A DNA stretch of 64,000 nucleotides, taken from contig JBOHFG010000101.1 in the NCBI GenBank assembly GCA_050699575.1, positions 13,589 through 77,588 on the forward strand, in the 5' to 3' direction. The notes beneath the pieces are model-generated. The model did no database searches. It was not told where the DNA came from and saw nothing but the letters and a program-made list of their open reading frames with translations. Shown piece after piece: positions 17,547 through 25,605 of this stretch. The first letter of the stretch is position 1; each line of letters starts with the position of its first letter. The position numbers were made by a program, and so were the translations under genes. The DNA is from Pseudonocardiaceae bacterium. Lineage in GTDB: Bacteria > Actinomycetota > Actinomycetes > Mycobacteriales > Pseudonocardiaceae.

Positions 17547-18770
17547 CTAGATGAAACTTTTCGTCAGGGTTGCAACGGAAATGTGCGGCCAGCCCACGTT
17601 GACATTTGTCGGAGGCGATTGAAGGAGTAGCGTGCGGACCTGGAAGTCCAGTATGACCATCTGTGCGTACTGGAGTTGCATGAAGGGAGGGAAAATCCGG
17701 TGGCTGACTTTTTCGATCCAAAATGTCGCGTAGACCAGTGAGGTGTTGGCATTCGGCCCTATCTTTCCAACCGGCTCGCCACCCTCAAGGAAGAGGATAT
17801 TCTCGATGCCACCGGCGCCATTAACGGGTTTCACTACAACCTTCGGGTCATTAGGGTTTTTGCTGTTAGCCTTCCTAAAGAATTTAATTTCTGACTGGGT
17901 TGCAATATTGAGCGCAACTCCCTCAAATGTGTACCCGGCGGCAACCTGTTTATTAATAGCGGCTTGGAGGAGTTTGATCGGGTCGTTGACCACGTCCTGC
18001 ATGGGTACGCCGTTGATTGCTGCGGGGAGGGGAAGCTCGGGGGGGTTGGTCTCGAAGGGTGACCGGGGATTTGTCTTGGATTCGCGGACGGTGAGGTCGT
18101 ACTCCTTGAATTCTGGGGGCGCGGTCGTGGACAGTTTCTCCGAGGTTCCCGCGGCGTGGATGATCGGGATGATCGGCGGGACCGCAGGATCTGGCGGAGA
18201 AAGATTTATGCCGAACGAAGTGCTGTTGAATGAGGGGAACTCGGAGAACGCGTATTCTGTGGTGGGAGTCTTGAGGGTCGGCGGGCCGGAAAACGGTCTG
18301 GCTGTGCCTTGTGCGAGCAGGGAGCTACCATGGGGGATTGTTCCCAAACGGCCTACAATCCGTGCGCCCGGGGGAGCTGACTCCGGTGGGTAGGTCGTTG
18401 ACGGCTGTGTGATCCAGAGTCCGGGTTCGACGTGCAGCAAACCCCCGTTAAAGGCATCGGAAATTTGTTGAAGATAGGTCAAGCCGAACAGGTCGATGTC
18501 GGGCTGTCCAAAACCCCGGTTCGGGATCGGCGCGTTGATGAGCTCGAACTTCAGTGTCTCACGTGTTTGGTTGAGCTGAAGATACAGGTCGGCCTGGTCT
18601 TTGAAGTCCGGCCGCGCGATGAGGTTGAACCCAGTGCCTTGCCAGGTTCCGGCGAGCTCCTGAAGGAGTCCCAGTTTGTTGAGGATGGCAGTGTTGTCCA
18701 TTGCGAGCCGAACCGACGATATTGCTGCGCCAGTCGAAGCCACACTTTTCTCTGTCATGTTTTTCTCCAT
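17547..18770 (-). CDS. Nitrobindin/THAP4-like (lipocalin-type beta-barrel) domain protein, low-GC
   Basis: 407-aa ORF. The N-terminal 'LQELAGTWQGTGFNLIARPD...LYLQLNQTRETLKF...GLLHVEPGLWI' resembles the DUF1794/nitrobindin barrel signature. Lines within this ORF give about 45-52% GC by hand count. Confidence 0.6.
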   Translation of the reverse strand: MEKNMTEKSVASTGAAISSVRLAMDNTAILNKLGLLQELAGTWQGTGFNLIARPDFKDQADLYLQLNQTRETLKFELINAPIPNRGFGQPDIDLFGLTYLQQISDAFNGGLLHVEPGLWITQPSTTYPPESAPPGARIVGRLGTIPHGSSLLAQGTARPFSGPPTLKTPTTEYAFSEFPSFNSTSFGINLSPPDPAVPPIIPIIHAAGTSEKLSTTAPPEFKEYDLTVRESKTNPRSPFETNPPELPLPAAINGVPMQDVVNDPIKLLQAAINKQVAAGYTFEGVALNIATQSEIKFFRKANSKNPNDPKVVVKPVNGAGGIENILFLEGGEPVGKIGPNANTSLVYATFWIEKVSHRIFPPFMQLQYAQMVILDFQVRTLLLQSPPTNVNVGWPHISVATLTKSFI

Positions 18771-19004
18771 TTATTGAGGTTATGTGGTGGAGGTTGTGGT
18801 GTGATGTATGGGGTAACGGAGAGTCGGCGTCGGTGGTACATCAGGGTCAGTAAATTATCCTGTGCGGCGTTCCGGTTTGACACGCCGCTGAATGGGTGGA
18901 GTGGTGCGGACATGGCACAGCTGCTGATCAGGGCGGTCCCAAGTCAACACGATCATCGGAGCGACTGATTGCAGATCTTGAATTGACCATCTGTGCTGGT
19001 GGAA

Positions 19005-19060
19005 GCCTAGGTCGGGTGCGATTCGAACCCGCGACCTGATGGATTAATGAGTAGTCGGAA
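19005..19060 (-). other. Degenerate tRNA/tmRNA-like 3' fragment (T-loop GGTTCGAATC, ends ...GGCTTCCACCA)
   Basis: The reverse complement reads ...caggtcgcgggttcgaatcgcacccgacctaggcttccacca. It has a T-loop consensus and a terminal CCA, but I could not fold a cloverleaf or a proper T-stem. Confidence 0.3.
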
Positions 19061-19435
19061 AGGCGCTGAGCTTGTTACCCTGGGGTGACCCCGGATGGGG
19101 ACGTGGTCGATGCCTACTCCACTTTGGTGCTTCCTTGTGGCTGTCTGACGGTGATCGACCCCCAACCAAGGGGATCTCCCGCAGCTGACGTGCCCTCGTT
19201 GACTACACTCTGTGGTCATAGGCGAGACGCGATCTTGGCTTGTGTGTTCAGGCTAGGGTCAGGATACGGGTCAACGGGACGACATTGAGGATGCTCGACT
19301 GCCTGGTCGGTAATCATTACCGGACTACCCGAGCTGTCGGCCTGTGTAGGCTGGCGTGGTCCTGCGGCCAGAGGCGACTGCACCGGTTGGGTTGTGTGGA
19401 TCTGGTGTTCTTTGCGTGTGGGAGACGGAGGCGGT

Positions 19436-20147
19436 TGTGGACAACTTTCCGTTGGGCGTCGCTCTCGCGGTCTTCGGTGTCGTCGTTCCGATTGTGGCCT
19501 TCCTGTACGAGTTCGTTTTCGTCGGCGCAAGCGGCTCGGCTACCGCGTGCAGATGGACACCAGGGCCACCGGCGAGGTCCCTTCCCAGTACGCGGGAGCC
19601 CTGCACTACGCCGTCCTTGGTGACGACAAGGCCGGTATCCGCGTCAGCTTTCCCGGGCGCAAGGTGGCGGGAATGGTGGTGACGGAACTCAGCGACGACT
19701 TCCTGAGCCCCTCTTTTGGTGACGACTCGGGATAGTCGGGAGCCGTTCAAGGCCCCCGAGATCGTTGGCGGCATCAAGGGTGGAGTCGGCAGCGGGGTAA
19801 TACGGGAGACCAAGAGTCAGACCGGGACGTCCTGGCAGGCGATCGCGCTGGTCGGCTTCCTCGTGCTGGTCATCCTCGGTCAGCTGCGTCGTTTCCCTCA
19901 GCAGCAACGATGCAGCTCCTCTGGACTGTGCTAAGGGACGCTATCCCTCACCGGGTCCACGGCTTTCGAGCCTGTCCTGCGGGATGCTGCCAAGGCATAC
20001 CAGGATACCTGTCCGGGAGCCGATTTCACTGTCGACACCCAAGGCAGCGCCGAGGGTGTGCGCCCCTGCACCGAACTGCGGAACCCGCTGTTGTGCCGCC
20101 CCTCCTGGCAGGAGCCATTTTCGGCGTCGAGCGACTCCCTGGTTTAG
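19436..20147 (+). pseudogene. Fragmented gene for a TM-anchored protein with a PstS-like (type 2 periplasmic-binding) domain
   Basis: The pieces lie in three frames. The first is 'VDNFPLGVALAVFGVVVPIVAFLYEFVFV' (TM). It is followed after a frameshift by 'RRKRLGYRVQMDTRATGEV...'. A second TM is 'SWQAIALVGFLVLVILGQL'. The last piece, 'GSTAFEPVLRDAAKAYQDTCPGADFTVDTQGSAEGV', is a PstS-family N-terminal motif that is cut off after ~65 aa. Confidence 0.55.
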
Positions 20148-22687
20148 CTATAACTGATCTCCGCGTGGCGGGTACCCGCCGGCAGGTGGACGTCTGGTCC
20201 GAGCATTGTTGCGGGCATCGCGTCCGCCGTAGCGGTGGTGAGTAGACCGAGCCGACATGGGTAGATGTAGCGCACACCGGGCACGGGTACGGGGATATCT
20301 ATGGTGATCAGCTTCGCCGCTTGGTCGTGTCGCAGGGTGTAGCCGAACGTTGTTCCGAAAACGGTCGGGGACTCAGCCACGCTGACCGAGTGGCCGCCGT
20401 CGCCGCGTAACCAGGCTGGTATGACGCCTGGGGCGAGGTAGATGTGTGGGTCGTCGTCCTCGCCGGCTTCGAAGAAGAGGATGTCGCGCAGCAACAGGGT
20501 GAACTCGGCCGCAGCCCAGCCGTGGGGGATGTCGCCCATGTACCACCAGCGGTCTGGGATCTCGGCGAGATTGCTGGCAATCGGGTAGGCGTGTTGTTCG
20601 TTCCAGACTCCGTGGGATACCTGCCACGATTGGCCGGTGTCGGCTGGGTTGTCGGTCCGTGAGATTCTGGCGAATGCCGCGTTACTGACTGCCCAGGCGA
20701 GGCAGGCGTCCATGCGTTCGACGTCGCCGAGTAGTAGGAAAGCATGGGCCAGTTGCAGGGTGACGTAGGGCCCGTAGGCATGCCAGGCACTGTCGTGGCG
20801 GAACCCGCCGGTGACGAAGTGCGTCCAGATCGTTTCGAGAGTCATGCGAAACGCGTGGTCGATGTCGGTGCCGAGCTTGGCTCCGTAGTAGAGCCGGGTT
20901 GGGTGGAAGTAGCAGAGCGCGCCGATGACGGTGGAGTCCAGCCGTCCGACATCGGCCGGGCCGGTTGGTATAAAGGTTTGCCATTGGCCCTGCGCTGCCT
21001 GCTGCCCCAGTACCCATCGGATCGAATCGGCGGTCGCGGTCTTCAAGCTGTCGAACGCTGCCCAGAGTTCCGCAATTTCGGGCCGACCCAGTCGCTCGGC
21101 CAGTCGGGCTGCCTCGTAGAGCCCGGCTAGTCCCCATAGATCGTCCCAGTAGTGTGGTTTATCTTTGTCGCCGATGTGCTCGGCGCTCCATCCGGAGGGC
21201 AGGAGCCCGAATTGGCTGCGGTTGTCGCGAATCCACCGGGCGCCGTCGGTGACGTAGGGCGCGTACACCTTGGCGCCGAACGCGGCTCCGGCTCCCTGGA
21301 TGCGGTCGAATCGGCCGAATGCCCACAGTGCCTCACCGTTTGCGTCCCATTCTTGATCGTTACGTTCGTGGTCGCCGCCGAAGAAGCCGTGCTCGTTGAC
21401 AGCTCCGATTGTGTTGTAGCCGGTGTTGAATACGGTTGGGTAGTACTGGCCGAACTGGGTGCCCGCCAATCCTGAGTCGCCGGCCAGTGCGCAGGCGATG
21501 CCCTCCACGGAGGAGTCGCGAATCCAGAACGAGTCGTAGATGGTTGGCCCGGGGTGAATGGCACCGTTGTCGGCCAGGATTAACAGGTCGGCCCGGCAGG
21601 AGCGGTAGAGGTCGAACAGGTGTGTCACCACGGGCGGTAGGCTGACCTGCAGGCCCGAACCGTTCAGCTTGCCCTGCCAGAAAGCGAGGTTGGCCGCCTC
21701 AAGGTCGGACGCCGGCGGCGCTGCTAGTTCAGCGAAGTCGCTCGGGTCGCGGAAGTCGTCGACGGGCAATCGCAGGTCGCGCGTGAACGATTCGCCGGCT
21801 GCGAGGTCGAACGGCCACAGGAACGCCGCTGTGCATAGGCCCGCGGTGCTGTCGTGTGCGGTGTCGGCACCGTTGAGGGCGCGACCAGCCGCCAGATCCG
21901 TGAAGGGGTTGGTGGCCAGGTACTGGTCGGGGTCCCCCGAGCCATTCGGATTGCCGTACAGGCCGTACGAGATGGGCGCGATGTCGAAGACCGGCCCGGA
22001 ACCGGTGTTGGTTTCCAGCCGCCGGTCTGTGGGTAGGTAGCGCAGGAAGCTCAACTGGGAGTCGGCCAGGTAGCGTCCGGCTCGGTCGTGGCGGACGAAC
22101 CCGCTGGGCTTAATCGGGCTGATGCCCACCCCGAGCCGACCTGCGACAGCATCGGCGCCGGTCGCGGTGACAGTGAGGCGGTTCAGCACGATCGAGCGCT
22201 GTCGTGATCCGACGGTGGTGCCGAGAGTCCGCTGGGTAAGTTGGACTCCCATCGGTGGGCGGTAAGTCGTGATTATGATGGGCAGGTAGCCGTCCTGGCG
22301 GTGCTGCTCCAAGGCGGGCGAGGCGATGCCAGGCTCCAGCCATTGGGGCAGGTGCAGGCCGCCTGCCGCGTCCATGAGGAAGAACGACACTGCGTACCGC
22401 TCGTAGACAGGTTCGATCTCACCGGCCTGACCGATCAGGCTCTCCTGGCGCGCATCTTTCACTCCGATCATGCCCCAATAGCGATACAGAGCGTTCGAGC
22501 AGAGTGCGGCCTCCTTGGAGTTGAACAGACCGCTGTCGAACTCCTCGATCCAGCGGCGAAACGTCTGCTGCAACCACCAGGGCAGCGGGTAGGGCGAGCG
22601 GCGGGCCCAGGCACGCCACATCACCTCGTAGAATATTCGCTCGTGCGGCAGGGCCACAGGAATGCCTTTCAGCTCAGGTGAACCCAT
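20144..22687 (-). CDS. Six-hairpin (alpha/alpha)6 glycoside-hydrolase-like protein (GH15/glucoamylase-like)
   Basis: 'TIYDSFWIRDSS', 'EWDANGEALWAF' and 'HYWDDLWGLAGLYEAARLA' are barrel-type motifs. The ATG at 22687 (MGSPELKG...) overlaps the upstream gene by 19 nt. The 1030-aa track ORF is an upstream artefact. Confidence 0.7.
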   Translation of the reverse strand: MGSPELKGIPVALPHERIFYEVMWRAWARRSPYPLPWWLQQTFRRWIEEFDSGLFNSKEAALCSNALYRYWGMIGVKDARQESLIGQAGEIEPVYERYAVSFFLMDAAGGLHLPQWLEPGIASPALEQHRQDGYLPIIITTYRPPMGVQLTQRTLGTTVGSRQRSIVLNRLTVTATGADAVAGRLGVGISPIKPSGFVRHDRAGRYLADSQLSFLRYLPTDRRLETNTGSGPVFDIAPISYGLYGNPNGSGDPDQYLATNPFTDLAAGRALNGADTAHDSTAGLCTAAFLWPFDLAAGESFTRDLRLPVDDFRDPSDFAELAAPPASDLEAANLAFWQGKLNGSGLQVSLPPVVTHLFDLYRSCRADLLILADNGAIHPGPTIYDSFWIRDSSVEGIACALAGDSGLAGTQFGQYYPTVFNTGYNTIGAVNEHGFFGGDHERNDQEWDANGEALWAFGRFDRIQGAGAAFGAKVYAPYVTDGARWIRDNRSQFGLLPSGWSAEHIGDKDKPHYWDDLWGLAGLYEAARLAERLGRPEIAELWAAFDSLKTATADSIRWVLGQQAAQGQWQTFIPTGPADVGRLDSTVIGALCYFHPTRLYYGAKLGTDIDHAFRMTLETIWTHFVTGGFRHDSAWHAYGPYVTLQLAHAFLLLGDVERMDACLAWAVSNAAFARISRTDNPADTGQSWQVSHGVWNEQHAYPIASNLAEIPDRWWYMGDIPHGWAAAEFTLLLRDILFFEAGEDDDPHIYLAPGVIPAWLRGDGGHSVSVAESPTVFGTTFGYTLRHDQAAKLITIDIPVPVPGVRYIYPCRLGLLTTATADAMPATMLGPDVHLPAGTRHAEISYS

Positions 22688-25026
22688 GCCGCGGGCGAGG
22701 GGATGGCGGCCTGGTCGACGACGAATAACAGATACCAGCCCGGCGGAGCGAGGTTCGATGAGTTCGGCAGCTGCAAGCTGAGAGTGTCCGCGCTGCTCAC
22801 AACCAGCGGCAGGTCGACCAGCCGCTGCTCGAGGTCGCTGGAATGTGTGGTGGCACCGGGACGGATCAACGAGGCGGTGACGATGCTGCCAGCGTTCGGA
22901 ACCGTGACAGACAAGTGCGCACCGTAGACGACCTCGGTTTGCGCTGGCGTGACCGACGGTCGGGAGCCGGCGAACAAGTACGGTGGCCAGAAGACCTCGA
23001 TGCGCAGCTCTTCGGTCTTGCGTTGCGGGTTGGAACCGGCGGTGACGACTTTGCCGTCCGGCATCAGCAAGGCGATTGAGTGATACAGCCGCGGTACCCT
23101 GCTCTCGGCGGCCATGTGCCACTGACCTGTGCCTGGGTGATAGATCTCGGCACCGAGCGCCGCCTGGGCGGTGGTCTCCTCCATCATGGCGCCCCCGTTG
23201 ACCAACACGGTGCGGTCCGGCAGCAACGTGGCGCACAGATGCATCCGGCCCATAGTGAGGTTGGCGGCAGGCACATAGGCCGGAGCGGCGGCAGTGAGAT
23301 CGACGATAGCGGTCGAAGCGGTGGCACCGGCTTGGTTGTGCATGTCGTAGGGCCCTCCGCCGATGATCATGACCTGTTGGGCCTGTGCTGGTGGCAGGAG
23401 AACGCTGCTGGACTGATTGCGACTACCCGCAGCGGGTAAGCCCGGTACGTCGATGGTGGAGTTGGTGGGCATGTCCCAGATCGCCGGCCGCACGCCGTTG
23501 TTGTCGCCGTACTGGCCGCCGCTGTAGAACACCCGGCCATCGGCCAGCAGGAACAGATGCCCGTACGAGGGCCAGTGCGATGACACCGGCTGCTGCGCCC
23601 AGCCCACACCGTCGGTGTACATCTCCGGAACGATGTTCAGCATGCTGGTTTCATCCAGCCCCGCCGTGGCCAGCACTCGCCCGTCACCCAGCGTCAGCAG
23701 CGACGGATACCAGCGTCCACCTGCCATCTGCTGTTGCGGCGTCCACGTCAGGGCGACCGGATCGAAAGTGATCGACTGTCGCAAACCCAGAAAGGGATCA
23801 TACTGCTCGGTACCGCCGGCTGCCAGCAGCCTGCCGTCGGGCAGGAACGCGTGCCCCACGCAGAATAGGTCGACCGGGGTGACTGGCTGCACGCTATCTG
23901 GGCCCGGGTAGTGCCACACCGTGGTGCCGTATTGGTGTGCGTTGTGCCGGTCCGGGTCGTTGCTCGACCCCGCGAAAAAGATGACATCGCCGGTGTGCAG
24001 CAGCGCGGCGTGCACGGCCAGAGTGCCGGAGTCCTGTTCCAGCAGCCGCCAGACTCCCATCTGCGGGGCCATCTGTAGATCAGTCATGGCATCGAGCACC
24101 CGGTAGTACGCGCCGTTCTGTTCTGGCGGGTTATCGATAGCTAGCACCACCAGATGTGGCTCATGCGCCGGACCCAGCGGGGTGGTAGCAACTCCGCCGC
24201 CCTGGTTCTCCCAGAATCCCCAATCCGGGACAGGCAGCCACGGACCCCAACCGTCAGCAGGACGGCCACGGCTGTCCAGCCTCCAGCCGACGCTGTAGTA
24301 GGCACCGTTTTGTCCCACCGGGTTGTCCACCGCCAGGACGACCAGCTCGGCGGTGCCGTCGCCGTCAAGGTCGGCCACCGCGATACCAGCGCCCTGGTTC
24401 TCCCAGAACCGCCAGTCGGGTACGGCCTGCCACGGCCGCCAGGTCTTGACCGTGCCATCCAGCTCCAGCGGGCCGCTGCGGTAGTAACCGGCGTTCGGGC
24501 CGTCCGGGGCATCCACCATGAACACAACCAGATCGAGCCGGCCGTCGCCATCCACGTCGGCCACGGTGATGTCGCCGCCGGCATTTATCCAGGAGAACCA
24601 GTCCGGTACCTGCTGCCAGTCGCTCCATCCGCCCGTCACCGTGGCAGTCGTGGGGTCGAGAGACCAACCGACGCGGTAGTAACCCTGGTTCGCACCGGCC
24701 GGCGCGTCGATCATGTACACGATGACATCGAGTTGGCCGTTGCCGTTCACGTCCGCGACCGCGATGCCGGCCGCGTCATTCTCGGCCGAGAACCAATCAG
24801 GGATGCGCTGCCAATCAGACCAGCCGCCGCTCAGATTTCCTGCCCCGTCCACTGCGTGGCCAACGCGATAGTAGCCAGTGTTCTGGCCCGGAGGGTCATC
24901 GACCATGAGCAACACGATGTCCGGGCGACCGTCGGCGTCGATGTCGGCCACCGCAACTGAACCGCCAGCGTTCTCCCACGAGAACCAGTCGGGGACAGCG
25001 GTGAAATTTGTCTGCATAGGCACCAA
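22669..25026 (-). CDS. Fusion of five FG-GAP/VCBS-like repeats with a galactose/glyoxal-oxidase-type copper radical oxidase (kelch propeller + DUF1929 Ig-like domain)
   Basis: Five ~65-aa repeats ('VADIDADGRPDIVLL', 'VADVNGNGQLDVIV', 'VADVDGDGRLDLVV', 'VADLDGDGTAELVV'...). Oxidase motifs: 'DLFCVGHAFLPDGRLLAAGG' (Cys), 'GRWYPSLLTLGDGRV' (Tyr), 'RLYHSIALLMPDGKV' (Tyr-His) and 'ATTHSSDLEQR' (His). C-terminal 'PPGWYLLFVVD'. No signal peptide is visible. Confidence 0.8.
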   Translation of the reverse strand: MVPMQTNFTAVPDWFSWENAGGSVAVADIDADGRPDIVLLMVDDPPGQNTGYYRVGHAVDGAGNLSGGWSDWQRIPDWFSAENDAAGIAVADVNGNGQLDVIVYMIDAPAGANQGYYRVGWSLDPTTATVTGGWSDWQQVPDWFSWINAGGDITVADVDGDGRLDLVVFMVDAPDGPNAGYYRSGPLELDGTVKTWRPWQAVPDWRFWENQGAGIAVADLDGDGTAELVVLAVDNPVGQNGAYYSVGWRLDSRGRPADGWGPWLPVPDWGFWENQGGGVATTPLGPAHEPHLVVLAIDNPPEQNGAYYRVLDAMTDLQMAPQMGVWRLLEQDSGTLAVHAALLHTGDVIFFAGSSNDPDRHNAHQYGTTVWHYPGPDSVQPVTPVDLFCVGHAFLPDGRLLAAGGTEQYDPFLGLRQSITFDPVALTWTPQQQMAGGRWYPSLLTLGDGRVLATAGLDETSMLNIVPEMYTDGVGWAQQPVSSHWPSYGHLFLLADGRVFYSGGQYGDNNGVRPAIWDMPTNSTIDVPGLPAAGSRNQSSSVLLPPAQAQQVMIIGGGPYDMHNQAGATASTAIVDLTAAAPAYVPAANLTMGRMHLCATLLPDRTVLVNGGAMMEETTAQAALGAEIYHPGTGQWHMAAESRVPRLYHSIALLMPDGKVVTAGSNPQRKTEELRIEVFWPPYLFAGSRPSVTPAQTEVVYGAHLSVTVPNAGSIVTASLIRPGATTHSSDLEQRLVDLPLVVSSADTLSLQLPNSSNLAPPGWYLLFVVDQAAIPSPAAWVHLS

Positions 25027-25417
25027 CCGGCAGGAGCGGGGCCGCGCTGCGCTGCGCGTGAGCTACAGCTATCCCACCCGCACTCGGCGACAATTGCAAT
25101 AGCCGAGTCAGGCACGTGTGCCGCAGCTGGTGGCAGGTGCTCGGTGACCAGCGCAGATGGCGGTCCACTGCCGCCGCGCCGTCGGCGGGCTCAGACACAG
25201 GGCGAGGTGACCTACCGTGTTCGAGGGGTGTTCTTCTGTAGTGATGTGTGAGAGAACCGTCAGTGGCCGGGGCGGTGGCGTGAGAAAGCTGTTAGAGAAC
25301 TGGTCAGGGCGTTCCGGGGCGTCTTTACTCGTCCGTGAATACATGTTCACTCACATGTGTCGGATGTAACCCGACGTGTTCGATGGCACCGGCTGACAGG
25401 GTGGGATGGGAACCGGA

Positions 25418-25501
25418 ATGGCTGATGTGATCTTCGTTCTTCTGGTGATCGTGGTGTTCGCGGTGCTGGGGTTGGTCGCCCGGGGGGTGGAGTTGCTGTG
25501 A
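25418..25501 (+). CDS. 27-aa hydrophobic micro-ORF immediately upstream of kdpF
   Basis: '[27 protein letters not shown]' forms one TM helix. Its stop overlaps a possible kdpF start (GTGA at 25498-25501). It is not in the ORF track because it is under 60 aa. Confidence 0.4.
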   Translation: MADVIFVLLVIVVFAVLGLVARGVELL

Positions 25502-25515
25502 GTGTGAACAATGCT

Positions 25516-25605
25516 GTGGGTTTGGACAATATTGTGGGTTTGGTGGTGTCGGTGTTGTTGGTGGCTTACCTGGTGGTGGCCTTGGTGCGGCCGGAGCGGT
25601 TCTGA
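25516..25605 (+). CDS. kdpF: K+-transporting ATPase subunit F
   Basis: '[28 protein letters not shown]' matches the KdpF pattern (...YL..AL..PE.F). Its stop overlaps the kdpA ATG (TGATG). The start is ambiguous (GTG 25498, 25504 or 25516). Confidence 0.7.
   Translation: MGLDNIVGLVVSVLLVAYLVVALVRPERF

Noticed and set aside
19005-19100. Functional tRNA gene on the minus strand
   Set aside because: The T-loop consensus and a CCA end are present. However, no 5-bp T-stem, anticodon arm or matching 5' acceptor strand could be folded. It is kept only as a degenerate tRNA-like fragment.
22688-23236. N-terminal 180-aa extension of the 1030-aa ORF (20144..23236)
   Set aside because: The extension overlaps the 3' part of the oxidase gene in another frame and is Arg/His-rich junk. 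A clean start (MGSPELKG, ATG 22687) sits at the operon junction.
25027-25417. Possible c-di-AMP (ydaO/kimA-type) riboswitch or KdpE operator upstream of the kdp operon
   Set aside because: I looked for the conserved riboswitch segments and could not recognise them. Only a short ACATGT...ACATGT repeat (about 25340-25365) stands out. A covariance-model scan (Rfam RF00379) would be needed, so no claim is made.
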